DNA from: Eledone cirrhosa
Lineage: Eukaryota
Reading direction: 5' to 3'
DNA: 64,000 nt
NCBI GenBank assembly: GCA_964016885.1
Contig: OZ024740.1
Location: 85,374,001-85,438,000 of the forward strand
The stretch's first letter is position 1; every line of letters begins with the position of its first letter. This document shows positions 51,352-64,000 of this stretch, piece after piece. Under the pieces are notes generated by a model. The model did no database searches and was not told the origin of the DNA. It worked only from the letters and a program-made list of their open reading frames with translations. The position numbers and the translations under genes are program-made.

Positions 51352-51989
51352 CATGTGTGTATGTGTTAGCGTGCGCGTGAGTGTATGTGTGTCCGTGTGT
51401 TATGTCGTCAAGTGGTTTGTTTAATCTTATCCTAGGTTGTATCAGAGCTATGTATATCAGCAGGTGATCAATTCTATCAACTCTTGTTGAAATGAAATAA
51501 ACACAACGAAACGTTGTATCAGGTTAGCAATCACGGCGAACACACCCAGAGGGGAACAGAGAAGGACAAAAAGAGGAGCGGAGAGGGGCAGGGGGAAGAG
51601 GGGTGAAGAAAGAGGAAACAGGGAAGGCGAGAGTGGAGGAGAGTAGGGAGTTATTGGGAGAGAGTGGGGGTAGAGAAGAGAGGCAGAGAGATAAACAGAT
51701 AGAAAGAGTATGATAAAGACATTCTTTAATTTCTTTATAGGGATATGATTAATCTGGATATTTGAGACACTTCCCGTAGCTTTTTTTCAGCCGCAGCCTT
51801 TCTGGGAAGGAGAAGGGGGGGGGGGGACAACTGTTTGTGATCAGCGTGTTCAATGAAGTTCAATTTTCGCTGATAATTTTTGTTGGATATGAAGAAAACA
51901 AAAAGTAAAACACGAGCAGGAAGAAAGTGTGGGAGTGGGGCAGAGATTGAATGTTAGAAATCATAATAACAAAGATGTATTCGACCTCA

Positions 51990-52160
51990 GAATTGGCAGA
52001 AGGTTGGGCGCCATGCTTTGCAGCATAGAGTTACAGCCCCTTTACGATCTGAGTTCAAATCCTGCCGAGGTTAACTTTGCCTTTCATCCTTACGGGGCCG
52101 ATAAAATAAAGCACCAGTAATGCACTGGAATAATTGCTGGCCTTGCGCCAAAAGTAGAAT
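51990..52160 (+). mobile_element. SINE family A
   Basis: B-box plus core. Confidence 0.8.
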
Positions 52161-52363
52161 TTATATATATCGTTGTTGTGGTATAAGTATGGCCACTGCA
52201 TTCGGACGTTTTTCTTGATGTCACACTTTTTAACAATTGTGTTTTACTCAGGACGATAATGTTTCGCTTCTCGACCCGTTGAGTGTTTTGTGATTGCCTT
52301 AAACAACTCGATTAGTACCTATTATATGGCAGCTACAACTTCGATTCATACCCAAATTATTTA

Positions 52364-52552
52364 GGGCGGTGGATTGGCAATATCGGTAGAGCGTCAGATA
52401 CCATGCTTTGCAGCATAGAGTTACGACCCTTTACGGTCTGAGTTCAAATCCTGCAGAGGTTAACTTTGCCTCACATCCTTACGGGGTCGATAAAATAAAG
52501 CACCAGTAATGCACTGGGGGTGATGCTGGCCTTGTGCCAAAAGAAGAAACAA
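52364..52552 (+). mobile_element. SINE family A
   Basis: GGGCGGTGGATTGGCAATATCGG A-box region, B-box, core. Confidence 0.85.
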
Positions 52553-52799
52553 TTATATATATATACTAGCAGTTTAGCCCGGCGTTGCTCGGGTTTGTTC
52601 ATTTGCTATGAAAAGTTACATACAGGTAAACGTGGTTTGAAAGCGAATAAGCTTATCAATTAAGTGCATAAAGCAGTTGAACCGGTTATTAAAAGTTACG
52701 AACCAATTAGCATTTTTGTCAATCAATGATGGGTTAATAATCTTCCAATAGCGAATTTAGTAGACCGGGAATTGTGATCGCCGGAAATCGAACGGGATA

Positions 52800-53830
52800 T
52801 CTGACGCCGAGGGGAAAATGTTCATCCTTGGAATGAAAACATTCTCCCCTCTTCCGCACCCCGTTACAATGGTGGCCTCAATCAAGTGGGTGTCAGTGAC
52901 TTGACGACAATGCGAGTACCGTTGCACTGCTTTGGTGGACGCAAGTTCCTTATTAGCATAATGGGACAGCCAACCCTAAGCTTAATAATGTGAGGTGTGA
53001 GCCCTGGGGGCTCAAGGAGATTTAATAACTCAACCGGATAATTAACGATATCGTCGGGGTCTGATTTGAAGATGTGTTCTTTACCGGGAATCTTCTCAAT
53101 CAGCTGCTCGTTAATAAAATTAACCATGGTATTTTTCGAAGCAAGGATGGCTCTTTCGCTGAGCCAATCGAGGTTTTTAAAGTTAGATGAGACATTAGGA
53201 AAAACTGCTTCCCAAAGGTCAGAAGGGCTGCTCACAATGTTGCACAGGGTGTCGATTGCTATGCCGCCCTTGTCATCCGCAGGGATCTTGCCCTCACCAA
53301 GTGCTAAAATGTTCTGTGCTGCAGACATGTTGTCACCATGAAAATGAGCACGCATATTTGTGCTCAGGTACAAACTATTCACCTGGAGCCACAACATGGA
53401 CGACTTAAGACAGGCACGCACTTCATCAGCTCTTGTCCATTTGGGGATGACAGGCAGCGTTTTCCGAAAATCCCCTGATAGCAGAAGGGTTACGCCACCC
53501 ATAGGAGCCGTAGAATCCCTAATGTCTTTCCGGGCCTTGTCCAATGCCTCAAGGGCACCCTTGTGTGCCATTGTGCACTCATCCCAAACAGTGAGGCAAC
53601 ATCTTTTGAGAACCAGAGCTTTGTGTGAACTCTTGCTGATATTGCATGTTGGTGTCTCGGTTTTTACTAAATCCAAATGGAGTTTAAAGGTTGAATGTGC
53701 TGTCCTGCCTCCCGGCAGCAAAGTAGCAGCGATCCCGGACGATGCAACGGACAACGCAACTTTTTTCTCCTGACGAATCTTAGCGAGAATCAAATTCGTT
53801 ACAAAAGTTTTTCCGGTACCCCCAGGATCG
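52800..53830 (-). pseudogene. Helitron PIF1-like helicase fragment
   Basis: PGGTGKTF Walker A just upstream of the ORF; VASSGIAATLLPGGRTAHS, WDECTM, GDFRKTLPV, NMR, RNL...CNGTR. Confidence 0.93.
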
Positions 53831-53862
53831 TTTTTTATTGGGGGGATCAGGGTTTTTTTTTT

Positions 53863-54591
53863 TTACCTTGAGGTATAACCAGTCAGTAGTTCCTTCAAAG
53901 GCTCTGGCGGTTCCGTAAGAGGGGGCAAGGTGACCTTACCGTTTAAGCAGCACATTGCAGGTGGCTCCCCAGCCCACTTTGTAGCATTGTAGAATTGGCA
54001 ATTGAAGCGCATCTCGCCTATATTTATGTCAGAGCGCATCGAGTAATTAACGTTTTGCTCATACTTGAAAGCCCGTAGGTGCCAGTAAGGGCTGTTGGGG
54101 CTAGTCACACCGCGTGCAGCTTCTCGCCGTCGACTGTTACGCTTGAACGTAGAACATTGGTCGTGTTGTTGGTGGGAAGGTCTGGCAGCAATAGCAGAAG
54201 AAACATTTGCAATGCTAATGGACCGCCCGTCTGCATCTTCAGAAGCCATGGAAGTAGTCATAGCCGCAGCGTTCGTAGGAAGGCGAGCCGTCCGTTGTTT
54301 TAAACGTTCCAAAGACTTGGAAGCAGCATTAGTCGCATCGTTTCTAGCCAGGCGCTTCGACCTTTGTTCACGGCTCTCTGAAGCCCTGGAAGAAGCCTGG
54401 TATGAAGCCATTTTGGCTAGGCGTGCGGTGCGCTGTTGGAAACATTCAGCGGCTCGACATTCTGCTGAACATAAGGCTGTCTGTGAAAGTCTTGAAGCAT
54501 TTTCCTCAGAGGACTCGTTTGCTATAGTAGCCTTTTGCGCCACTGCTGACGCGGTATGTCGACTGAGGCAACTTCTCTTTTTAGGTGGCAT
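53863..54591 (-). pseudogene. Helitron RepHel N-terminus: 23-aa STPR-like repeats and a Cys-rich motif; Rep (HUH) domain absent
   Basis: MPPKKRS; ESSEENASRL/ECFQQRTARL/ESREQRSKRL/ERLKQRTARL at 23-aa spacing; IGEM..C..A.KW.GE..CC.NGKV.LP..PPEPL. Confidence 0.85.
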
Positions 54592-54599
54592 TTTATGTC

Positions 54600-55245
54600 C
54601 AAAAGAAAGGGTGAAAGTTACTTCTACAGAAAAATTGACTTTGAAAGTCTACTGTCTGTTTATGAATATTGTTATTGTTGTTGTGATACAAATGTTAGTA
54701 AGTAAATGGGTATAGAAAAATAAAGGGTGAAAGTTACTTCAACATAAAAATTGACTTTGAAAGTATAAGGCTGATAATTGAATGTAAAAAGATTGATAAG
54801 AAAGGCCCCCCCAAAAAATTTACAGGTATTTGTATGTATGTGTGTATTTTTATGTCGAAAAGAAAGGGTTAAAGTTACTTCTACAGAAAAATTTAGTTTG
54901 AAAGTGTAAGGCCGATGTGTGTGTAAATTAAGTGACAGGTATTTGTATGTATGTGCGTATATGTATGTATGTGTGTATAAGTATGTATGTATGTATGTAT
55001 GTATGTATGTATGTATGTATGTATGTATGTATGTATGTATGTATGTATGTATTAAAGGTTGAAAGTTACTTCAACATAAAAATTGACTTTGAAAGTATAA
55101 GGCTGATAATTGAATGTAAAAAGATTGAAAAGAAAGGCCCCCCAAAAAAAACTTTACAGGTATGTATGTGAGTATTTTTATGTCGAAAATAAATGTTTAA
55201 AGTTACTTATACAGAAAAATATAGTTTGAAAGTGTAAGGCCGATT
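54600..55245. repeat. Diverged tandem array in the Helitron 5' region
   Basis: AAAGTTACTT..AAAAATT..TTTGAAAGT motif five times. Confidence 0.75.
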
Positions 55246-55872
55246 GAAAAACTTACAGTTTAGTAAATGAAAGTCAGCTTCGAAATGGAGTTTGAACGCG
55301 CTAATACAAACACACACACACATATATCCGTCTTTTAGTGTGTCTGTTTGTTTCTCTCTCCCTCTTTATCATTATATCCCTCTTTATCATAATATCCCTC
55401 TTTATCATAATATGCTATTGTTATTTCTAAAACAAACTGTGTATGCGTTGATTGATTGAAATTCCCGCGTTCCTGTTTCTATGACGTCAATCGTAACCAT
55501 ACCAACATATATGTGTGTGTATGCACCCACATATATGTGTGTATATGTTTTTTTTCAATGTTTCTCTTTTTCACAAACACTTATAAGAGAAGGTAGCAAT
55601 TTTAAGGGGAGGTGATGAAGGGAGTAGATATAGGAAACGTATATCATATGAGAGAGGAGAAATCATCGATTGTTGAAATAAATCGATTTTTCCGTAATTG
55701 GGGCATTTTTTACCCAATAAGTTCGCCCATGACCCAAGTTAGAATATTTGTAAACATTCTGGTTAATTATTCATTCAATATTTTTGGAATTGTGTAAATG
55801 TATAAAATTGAAACATACATACAGACACAAAAATCTGCCTTTTATAGATAATGATATATATTATATATATAT

Positions 55873-55970
<98 letters not shown>

Positions 55971-56000
55971 ATTGTATAGGTGAGAAACCATAACAAAGAT

Positions 56001-56057
56001 GTCGGACTGACGAGCTGCGGAAATAACAATTCCCCCAGCGTAACGCGCGTATACGAC
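56001..56057 (+). ncRNA. Hammerhead ribozyme motif with one core change (GTAA for GAAA)
   Basis: GTCGGA-CTGACGA-GCTG..GGAA..TTCC..CAGC-GTAA-CGCGCG-TA-TACGAC. Confidence 0.65.
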
Positions 56058-56115
56058 AGATGAAAATGTGAATTTAACCTAATTATATATGTATATAATT
56101 ATATATGTATATATG

Positions 56116-56271
<156 letters not shown>

Positions 56272-57616
56272 AGAGAATTTTAGTTCTGGGAAAGAGAAAA
56301 TACTATGGTCCCAATATGTTTTCTGATGGGATTTAAGAGGCGAAGGTGTGATTGCATTTAGTGAATATGGGAGAGGAAGTGACATAAAGCTAGCGAATTC
56401 AGAGCAACAAAACCTGCCACCGTCGATGTCGATGATGATGATTTATAACACAAACAAAAGGTCACACACTTTCAGAAGGAAATGTAGTCAATTACATTAT
56501 CTTGGTACTTAATTTTATTTACTTTATTGAATGAAAAGCAAAGTTAACTTTATTAGAATTTGAACTCAAAGTGTAAAGCGTTTTGTCCGTCGCCATACCG
56601 ATTCTGCCATTAGATAGTAGCAAAAGATAGATGTATCGGCTTTTTAAAAGTAGAACAGCGCTTAATGAAGTAATGAGGCATTTTATAGTTCAGTCAGACA
56701 AGGAAGGGACAATTGTCATGACTTTGTATAGTTCCTTCGGTACATGTTTTTATGAGTTAAGGTAGGAAGAACAGCGTCTATACTACTGTTATCTTTTCAC
56801 GGTACCCGAAACTGGTGAGAGGAAGAGGGAAGTTATCTCCAAACCAAAGACATGGACCAGTAAACTCTGTTAATGTTACCCAAGTACCAAATGCTTGTGT
56901 TAAACAGGACGAAGATTAAGTCTACCATCCAAGAACTCAGAAAAGCAAAGAACCGATGAAATATTGCTAGAAATTTCATCCGCTGCTCTAAGACCTTTGC
57001 CAATCCACCACTTTGGACTGGTATTTTATTTTATGAAAGGATGAAAGGCAAAAATTATCTCGACGGAATTCGAATGCATAGCACAGAAAGCCGGAAACAA
57101 AAAAACAAACAAAAAAAAAAAACTGGAAGGCATTTTTACCCTAATTCACCAAGAAGGAAAACAACTACAGAGTGAACTCTACTAAAGCCACTCAGAGTAG
57201 TGATGTTAAGCTGGGCGATTAATATATCTTTTCTGCTACGTAGATTGCTGTATCACAATATTTGCGCAGTTATCACTTTTAAAGCAACTAATATATTATA
57301 CAGATTATTAACAAATAATATAGAGATATATATCACTACATGTAATACAATATATTGACAATATATATAACACAATATATTTATACAAAGCATATAAATA
57401 AATTTACAGTAGAATAACATAACAAATATGTTTTAAATATACACATAAATAACATTACAAATGCTTAGATAACATTATAAATTGCTCGCGATTCTTCCAG
57501 AAGGATATATTCTTTTAATGTTGCAATATTAAAGAAAATGTAAAGGAAGGGGGGAACAACCGAGCTAACACCAGAACAAAAGACAGCAGCGTCGCGAGGA
57601 GTACCGGGCAACCTTT

Positions 57617-58030
57617 CTAATGATTTTTGAGGCAAGCCAGCACACTCACTGTGTTGCCTCGGGTGATGGCGAGGCTAATGCGCTGGAACAACCAAGCGCC
57701 CTCGCGAGATTCGCTAGTTACCTCTATTAGACGAGCCGCCAGTGAAGAGAGGAACTTCGCAGTCAGCGGCCCGACACCCACAAACGTCTCGAAAGCCACA
57801 GAGTGAAAAATGTAGCTGGCCGACAGATCACAGTATTTGAGGGTCTTACTCCGCTCGGTCGCGGAAGCTATTGCTCTCGTCCTAACCGCATCCAGGATGT
57901 GCGAAGAAGCAAAAGAGTCACTAACAGTGGCGTCCAAGACAAGGCACCTGCCTCTCGACCAGAGGCACAGGGTAAGGCCGTCAGGTCTTTTGCCGTCACT
58001 TCTGGACAATCGAAATGCATCGCTGTATAC
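57617..58030 (-). mobile_element. 3' fragment of a CRE-type LINE (restriction-like endonuclease)
   Basis: [44 protein letters not shown]. Confidence 0.8.
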
Positions 58031-58045
58031 AACACAAAATATAGC

Positions 58046-58303
<258 letters not shown>

Positions 58304-59044
58304 GGTAAACAGAAATAACAACACAATCAGTGTACAGTGTATGGAAGGAATATATTAGGTTAACGCTTGAAATAGCAGAAAGATATATATATATACAGAC
58401 CCGTATAGCAAATATCTATTATTAGTACAGATTAAACATTTTAGCAAACAATTTTTCTCCACCCTAAAGCGAGATATAACAGGATATAATATATGCAATG
58501 ACATCGGCATCTATCGATGTATACAACACACCCCTACAAAGCTGCGACGGTATGAACAAATCGATATGGAATGCTGTTGAGAAGTAAATACGATGTTGAT
58601 GTCAGAACTAAAACATTGAATCTATCCCTTCCACCCCATTACAACCACATCATACATTTTCTCGCTTTCTGTGATTCATCAGTAATAGAATGTTCAGTTC
58701 TCATTCGAAACCAAAAATACTTTTAGTATTCAACAAACGAAATTCTTCGTATCACCTTTTGGTTTTCAGGTATCTAGAGGAACTTTAGGTCGCATTACCT
58801 ATTCTTGATTGTATTCTAGTAAAAAGGGTGCTGTTGGTGAAATCCCGTAACCCCTTGTTTTGTAAGGAGAGCACGGTTTACTTTCTCTTCGGTTAACTAG
58901 CTCAGCAATTCTCAAGGTGGGCATAAAAATATTTTAGTCGGGTGTGGGAGTATTTAAGGAAATAATCTAAATTTAGTCTTCTGCAGTGCTGCATTCTTTT
59001 TCTTTATGTTTCACTAAATATTAAGTTCTTTATTATTTTGAATG

Positions 59045-59507
59045 GGCTACTTTGCCGGCCCCGGTAAAATAGACAAACATGCTTTTTAACCTTATTTTAC
59101 CGGTCACCGGTAAATGTAAATAGTGTTAGTTTTGGGTTTGGGTTAGAGTTAGGGTTAGGGTTTAAATTGTCTTAATAATTGGTGGTGAAAATAAACAAAC
59201 TTCTGTGTTAAATCTGTGTTAAATCTTTGTTGTTATTTTTAACATTATCTGCCTTCATAATAATGGTTTCTGATTTAGATACAAGGCCGACAATTTTGAG
59301 AGAGGGGAAAGTCAACTAAATCGACTGCAGTGCATTACTGGTGTTTTATTTTATCGACCCCGTAAGGATGAAAGGCAAAGCTAACCTTGACATAATTTGA
59401 ACTCAGACCGTAATGGGCCACTACTCTAAGCTGCGAAGCATAGTGTCTGACACTCTTACCGGCAAACTAGCCTGGGGATCTATTTTACCGGGACCGGCAA
59501 TATAGCC
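59045..59507. mobile_element. TIR element (MITE) with internal TTAGGG-like repeats and a nested SINE A (~59265-59460)
   Basis: 29-bp TIR GGCTACTTTGCCGGCCCCGGTAAAATAGA / TCTATTTTACCGGGACCGGCAATATAGCC. Confidence 0.75.
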
Positions 59508-59928
59508 TCTTCCTTATTATTTTTATGTAATTTTATCATAAAATTAAAAGATATTTAAAATGTTTGTTTTAAAATGTTTGCATGAAATATGTGATTTGGC
59601 ACCGCTGTAAGTATAACACAATTGTCGTAACATTCAAGTAAATTCAGACTGTTTTAATTTGTAGGTATTTTTGCTTTAAACTAATGGCGAGGTGTAGACT
59701 TAAAAAAAAAAAATGGATCCGTGGGCAAAGATGGCTGGAAACTTCTAGAAGAAGGAAATCATTCTGATGGAGATACACGTCTCTAAGCTATATTCCCGGG
59801 TGCGGTTGATTTGAACAACTCAAGCTAACGAAGACACATCGACTATATTGGGCTCCTGTCACTTACAGATGTGACGAGCTGTACCAGCCTGTTCTTTTAA
59901 TCTACATGTACGTCAGTCGGGAGTTTAA

Positions 59929-60150
59929 CCCTTTCGTTACTATATTTCAAATAAAAACACTGTATCTAAAGTAGTGAAAATTTGATGGGATTTACTAAAA
60001 TTATTATTTTAGGGTGATATTTGTAACATAACAAAAGGTTCTCATATAAAATAATATTGTAAGATTTTAATTTAAACAGGAACCTTTTAACATATGTGAT
60101 TTTATTCCAAAGACCCAGAGGCGGTTTTGAGCAGATTGGTTGCAAAAAGG
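59929..60150. mobile_element. piggyBac-like MITE
   Basis: TTAA|CCCTTTCGTTAC...GTTGCAAAAAGG|TTAA; imperfect TIR. Confidence 0.5.
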
Positions 60151-60385
60151 TTAACAGTGCCGATTGTACAATGAAAGAATATGAACCATTTTCGATTTAG
60201 CTGATAGTCCCACATTCTTTTGATTCGACCAACTGTGGCTTTATTCAATATAAAATACAGACCAATCCCCCTTGGTCATCCAGTCATATTTGTATCTGCC
60301 GTCACTGTTAAATATTAACCCACCCCATGTGGTCGGAATTGACTATTTCTAGGAACATGTCAGATATAGAGGTATTTTGTATTTT

Positions 60386-60466
<81 letters not shown>

Positions 60467-60706
60467 CTATATATATCAAATGAAGCAACGGAGTTAAAGA
60501 CTCGCGTTTATCTCTGTAATTTAATGAGCTCAAGGGAACATTTTTTCCGGGCTCCTAAAAAATACAATATAGAGAGGAGAATACATAAGAGAATGTGTTT
60601 TCAATTACAGGGGGTATAAGGCCACTAGAGTGAAAATCATAAAAACTACGAAAGGTATGGGAAATACATTATAATTAAAAAGATAAATCACACTCTCTCA
60701 TGTGTT

Positions 60707-60822
<116 letters not shown>

Positions 60823-61027
60823 TAAGTATGTACACGTACATACATATATGTATACAGACGTACAGTAGTATGTATATATATATACATACATGCACACATA
60901 TATATATGTACGTATGGATTCACCGAACATTTATTATAATGCTCGGGGTGTTTGTAAACAAACATCCCGTATTAAGCCGTAGTGTCCAGCAACCATCGTG
61001 GCTCGTTTGTTCAACACTGACAAAGGA

Positions 61028-61070
61028 ACGCTGTACTAGTTTCAAGCTTATTAGCTATCATCAGCAACGT
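61028..61070 (-). ncRNA. Type-I hammerhead ribozyme
   Basis: ACGTTG-CTGATGA-TAGCTAATAAGCTT-GAAA-CTAG-TA-CAGCGT. Confidence 0.85.
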
Positions 61071-61451
61071 ATACCTTCCTGCCAGATTGTTGAACGTATA
61101 TACTTACCTTATGCATATTAACGGCTGAGTAGCCCAATTTGCATATCGAGTGGGTTAATCGGCCGGGTGCACCGAAAACGATAAACGGAAAAAATGAAAC
61201 GAAATTTCATTTCCCACTCTTAGTACGGCTGTTACTTAAATATAAGTTCGTACACGTACATACATATATGTATACAGACGTACAGTAGTATGTATATATA
61301 TATACATATATGCACACATATATATATATATGTACGTATGGATTCACCGAACATTTATTATAATGCTCGGGGTGTTTGTAAACAAACATCCCGTATTAAG
61401 CCGTAGTGTCCAGCAACCATCGTTGCTCGTTTGTTCAACACTGACAGAGGA

Positions 61452-61494
61452 ATGCTGTACTAGTTTCAAGCTTATTAGCTATCATCAGCAACGT
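61452..61494 (-). ncRNA. Type-I hammerhead ribozyme
   Basis: Same motif 424 bp further along; one stem I change. Confidence 0.8.
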
Positions 61495-61938
61495 ATACCT
61501 TCCTGCCAGATTGCTGAACGTATATACTTACCTTATGCATATTAACGGCTGAGTAGCCCAATTTGCATATCGAGTGGGTTAAACGAGCAACGATGGTTGC
61601 TGGACACTACGGCTTAATACGGGATGTTTGCTTACAAACACCCCGAGCATTATAATAAATGTTCGGTGAATCAATACGTACATATATATATGTGTGCATG
61701 TATGTATATATATATACATACTACTGTACGTCTGCATACATATATGTATGTACGTGTACATACTCATATTTAAGTAACAGCCGTACTAAGAGTGGGAAAT
61801 GAAATTTCGTTTCATTTCTTCCGTTTATCGTTTTCGGTGCACCCGGCCGATTAACCCACTCGATATGCAAATTGGGCTACTCAGCCGTTAATATGCATAA
61901 GGTAAGTATATACGTTCAACAATCTGGCATGAAGGTAT

Positions 61939-61981
61939 ACGTTGCTGATGATAGCTAATAAGCTTGAAACTAGTACAGCGT
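61939..61981 (+). ncRNA. Type-I hammerhead ribozyme
   Basis: ACGTTG-CTGATGA-TAGCTAATAAGCTT-GAAA-CTAG-TA-CAGCGT. Confidence 0.85.
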
Positions 61982-62238
61982 TCCTTTGTCAGTGTTGAAC
62001 AAACGAGCAACGATGGTTTCTGGACACTACGGCTTAATACGGGATGTTTGTTTACAAACACCCCGAGCATTATAATAAATGTTCGGTGAATCAATACGTA
62101 CATATATATATGTGTGCATGTATATATATATACATACTACTGTACGTCTGTATACATATATGTATGTACGTGTACATACTTATATTTAAGTAACAGCTGT
62201 TCTAAGAGTGGGAAATGAAATTTCGTTTCATTTTTTCC

Positions 62239-62309
<71 letters not shown>

Positions 62310-62535
62310 TATATTATATCATATTATATTATATTATATTATATCATATTATACCAATAAGCCAGAATATAAAATTTTAAATATCAAACTATAACTGAAG
62401 TAGGGCACATTCAGCCATTATGTATTTACCCTATTTCCAGCTGTCTCTCATAAAAACGAAACATTCATATTAAAATCAGATTTGATATTTGTATTCATTT
62501 TTATATCTCAGATGCGCATTGCATATATATATGCA

Positions 62536-62577
<42 letters not shown>

Positions 62578-62660
62578 CTTATATTAAACTGCAACTAATG
62601 TTGACACTCTTTAACTAAAGTCTTCTATGTGAGTTTTGCGGTCTTGATTTGCTTAAATAA

Positions 62661-62741
<81 letters not shown>

Positions 62742-62969
62742 ACTAGAATATATATATGCATGTATATATATGTGTGTGTGTGTTTGTCTGTCTTATATGT
62801 TAGTTAACATCCAGAAACCATCTGGTTATGTAGACTTGGCAACAGTCCCGAAAATGTCTTGGAGCATTTTCCAAAAATATACCTCAATAGAGATAATTTC
62901 TTCATATGTTTTATCGCATTTTACATATACTTTCTCGAACACTGGTTGTCAAATCTATAACAGAAGATC

Positions 62970-63205
62970 ATTTACTGAATTAGCACAGTCGTTAGAGCGT
63001 CTGGTTCTATGCCTCGAGATTTGTTCCGTCTATCTAAACTGTGACTTGAAATCACGGCGAGATCGAGTTTGGCTTTTATCTTCTCGTGGGTTGATAAAAT
63101 AAAGTAGCAGTCCATGGGTGGTGAATTGGTAAAAGCGGTAGAGTAAGATGAGATGGTTAGCGGTGTCTGATCTGGTTTTTCACGTTCTGAGTTCAAATCT
63201 CACCT
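62970..63205 (+). mobile_element. Two adjacent degenerate SINE A-related copies
   Basis: GATAAAATAAAGTAGCAG core followed by GGTGGTGAATTGG..GAGTTCAAATCTC head. Confidence 0.6.
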
Positions 63206-64000
63206 CCTTCTACTAGTTACTGCGATCGGCAGATGGCATCATCAATGGAAAGACCAATAGAAACAGTTTCCTTTGTCCGATTTGACGATCGGCTTCTTTA
63301 CTTTTCTACACATTCAGGACCGCTACGTAGCCTAGGCCTTCTCCCAAAATAATGGTAGTTTGGTAGTAGGAATTATTTCGAAAATTCTTCGACCGACCGA
63401 TTTAAATCTGTACCTCATCCAGTCGGCCATCTGTGATACTATGTCACTGAAAGAGCACCATAGCACTAAATAAGTCGTTGCATCACCACCAAACAGAGAA
63501 GAATGTTCAAGACAAATACATATATTGGAGTCTATCACCCTGCAATCCAGGTTGTTAACTGTGACCGGAAATCGCAGGTATGAAAAATAGGTGAAATGTG
63601 ATGGTTCAACCGAGGAATTGAACCTGTAGAATCAGCTGCTACCATTCTATTTTAGTTTTCTTCCACTTAACAGATCTTCTCAACACACACACGCAAGTAC
63701 ACACGCACTCGCCCTCTTTCTCTCTCCCTCTCCCTACCTCTACCCATTTCTTTCTCCTTCTCTCTCTCACTTTTTTCACTCCCTCTCACTCTCTCACAAC
63801 CCCTTTCTCACGCCCTCCCTCTCTCATTCTCTCTCTACCCTTTTCTCACGCCCCCTCTCTCTCTCTCACACCTCCCCTCTCACTCTCTCGTCTTCTCTCT
63901 CTCTCCCTCTTTCTCTCCCTCTTCCTCACCTCTTCTCTCTCTGTCTCTCTTGTCTCTCATGAGGAAGTGACTACAAGAATGTAGAAGTTTTGTCTTTCGT

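Larger units (their letters stand above)
52566..55848 (-). mobile_element. Internally deleted Helitron (3.3 kb)
   Basis: Minus strand 5' TCTATAAAAGG (may extend to 55854); 3' hairpin CCCGAGCAACGCCGGG then CTAAACTG-CTAG|T. Confidence 0.9.

Noticed and set aside
52364-52455. tRNA-like A/B boxes
   Set aside because: SINE heads with no cloverleaf; not tRNA genes.
63332-63538. 68-aa ORF in non-repetitive sequence
   Set aside because: No recognisable motif or splice context.

Overview
Repeat-saturated, AT-rich animal genomic DNA; the SINE families and the extreme (TA)n/(CA)n/(GA)n load suggest a cephalopod/octopus-type genome (inference). I found no convincing host protein-coding exon. Most ORFs in the track are microsatellite artefacts. 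Recognisable content: three Helitrons with complete termini (two keep STPR-like repeat and PIF1-helicase remnants), a cluster of three Tx1/L1-type LINE copies, R4/Dong-, CRE- and RTE-type LINE fragments, two Penelope-like (Naiad-type) RT/GIY-YIG fragments, many tRNA-derived SINEs and small MITEs. The main unannotated signal is about 17 minimal type-I hammerhead-ribozyme (HHR) motifs, some degenerate, from roughly ten unrelated sequence families. Five sit in an ORF-less ~425-431 bp tandem unit present at both ends of the window (retrozyme-like or mini-Penelope). The HHR elements repeatedly form back-to-back inverted dimers inside (TA)n, with a ~55-65 nt 'tail' on one arm only. Other leads: splice-site-like signals that would fuse ORF1 to ORF2 in frame in two Tx1 families, satellite arrays inside Helitrons, and an isolated RFX X-box. 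All folds and alignments were done by eye; boundaries are approximate unless stated.
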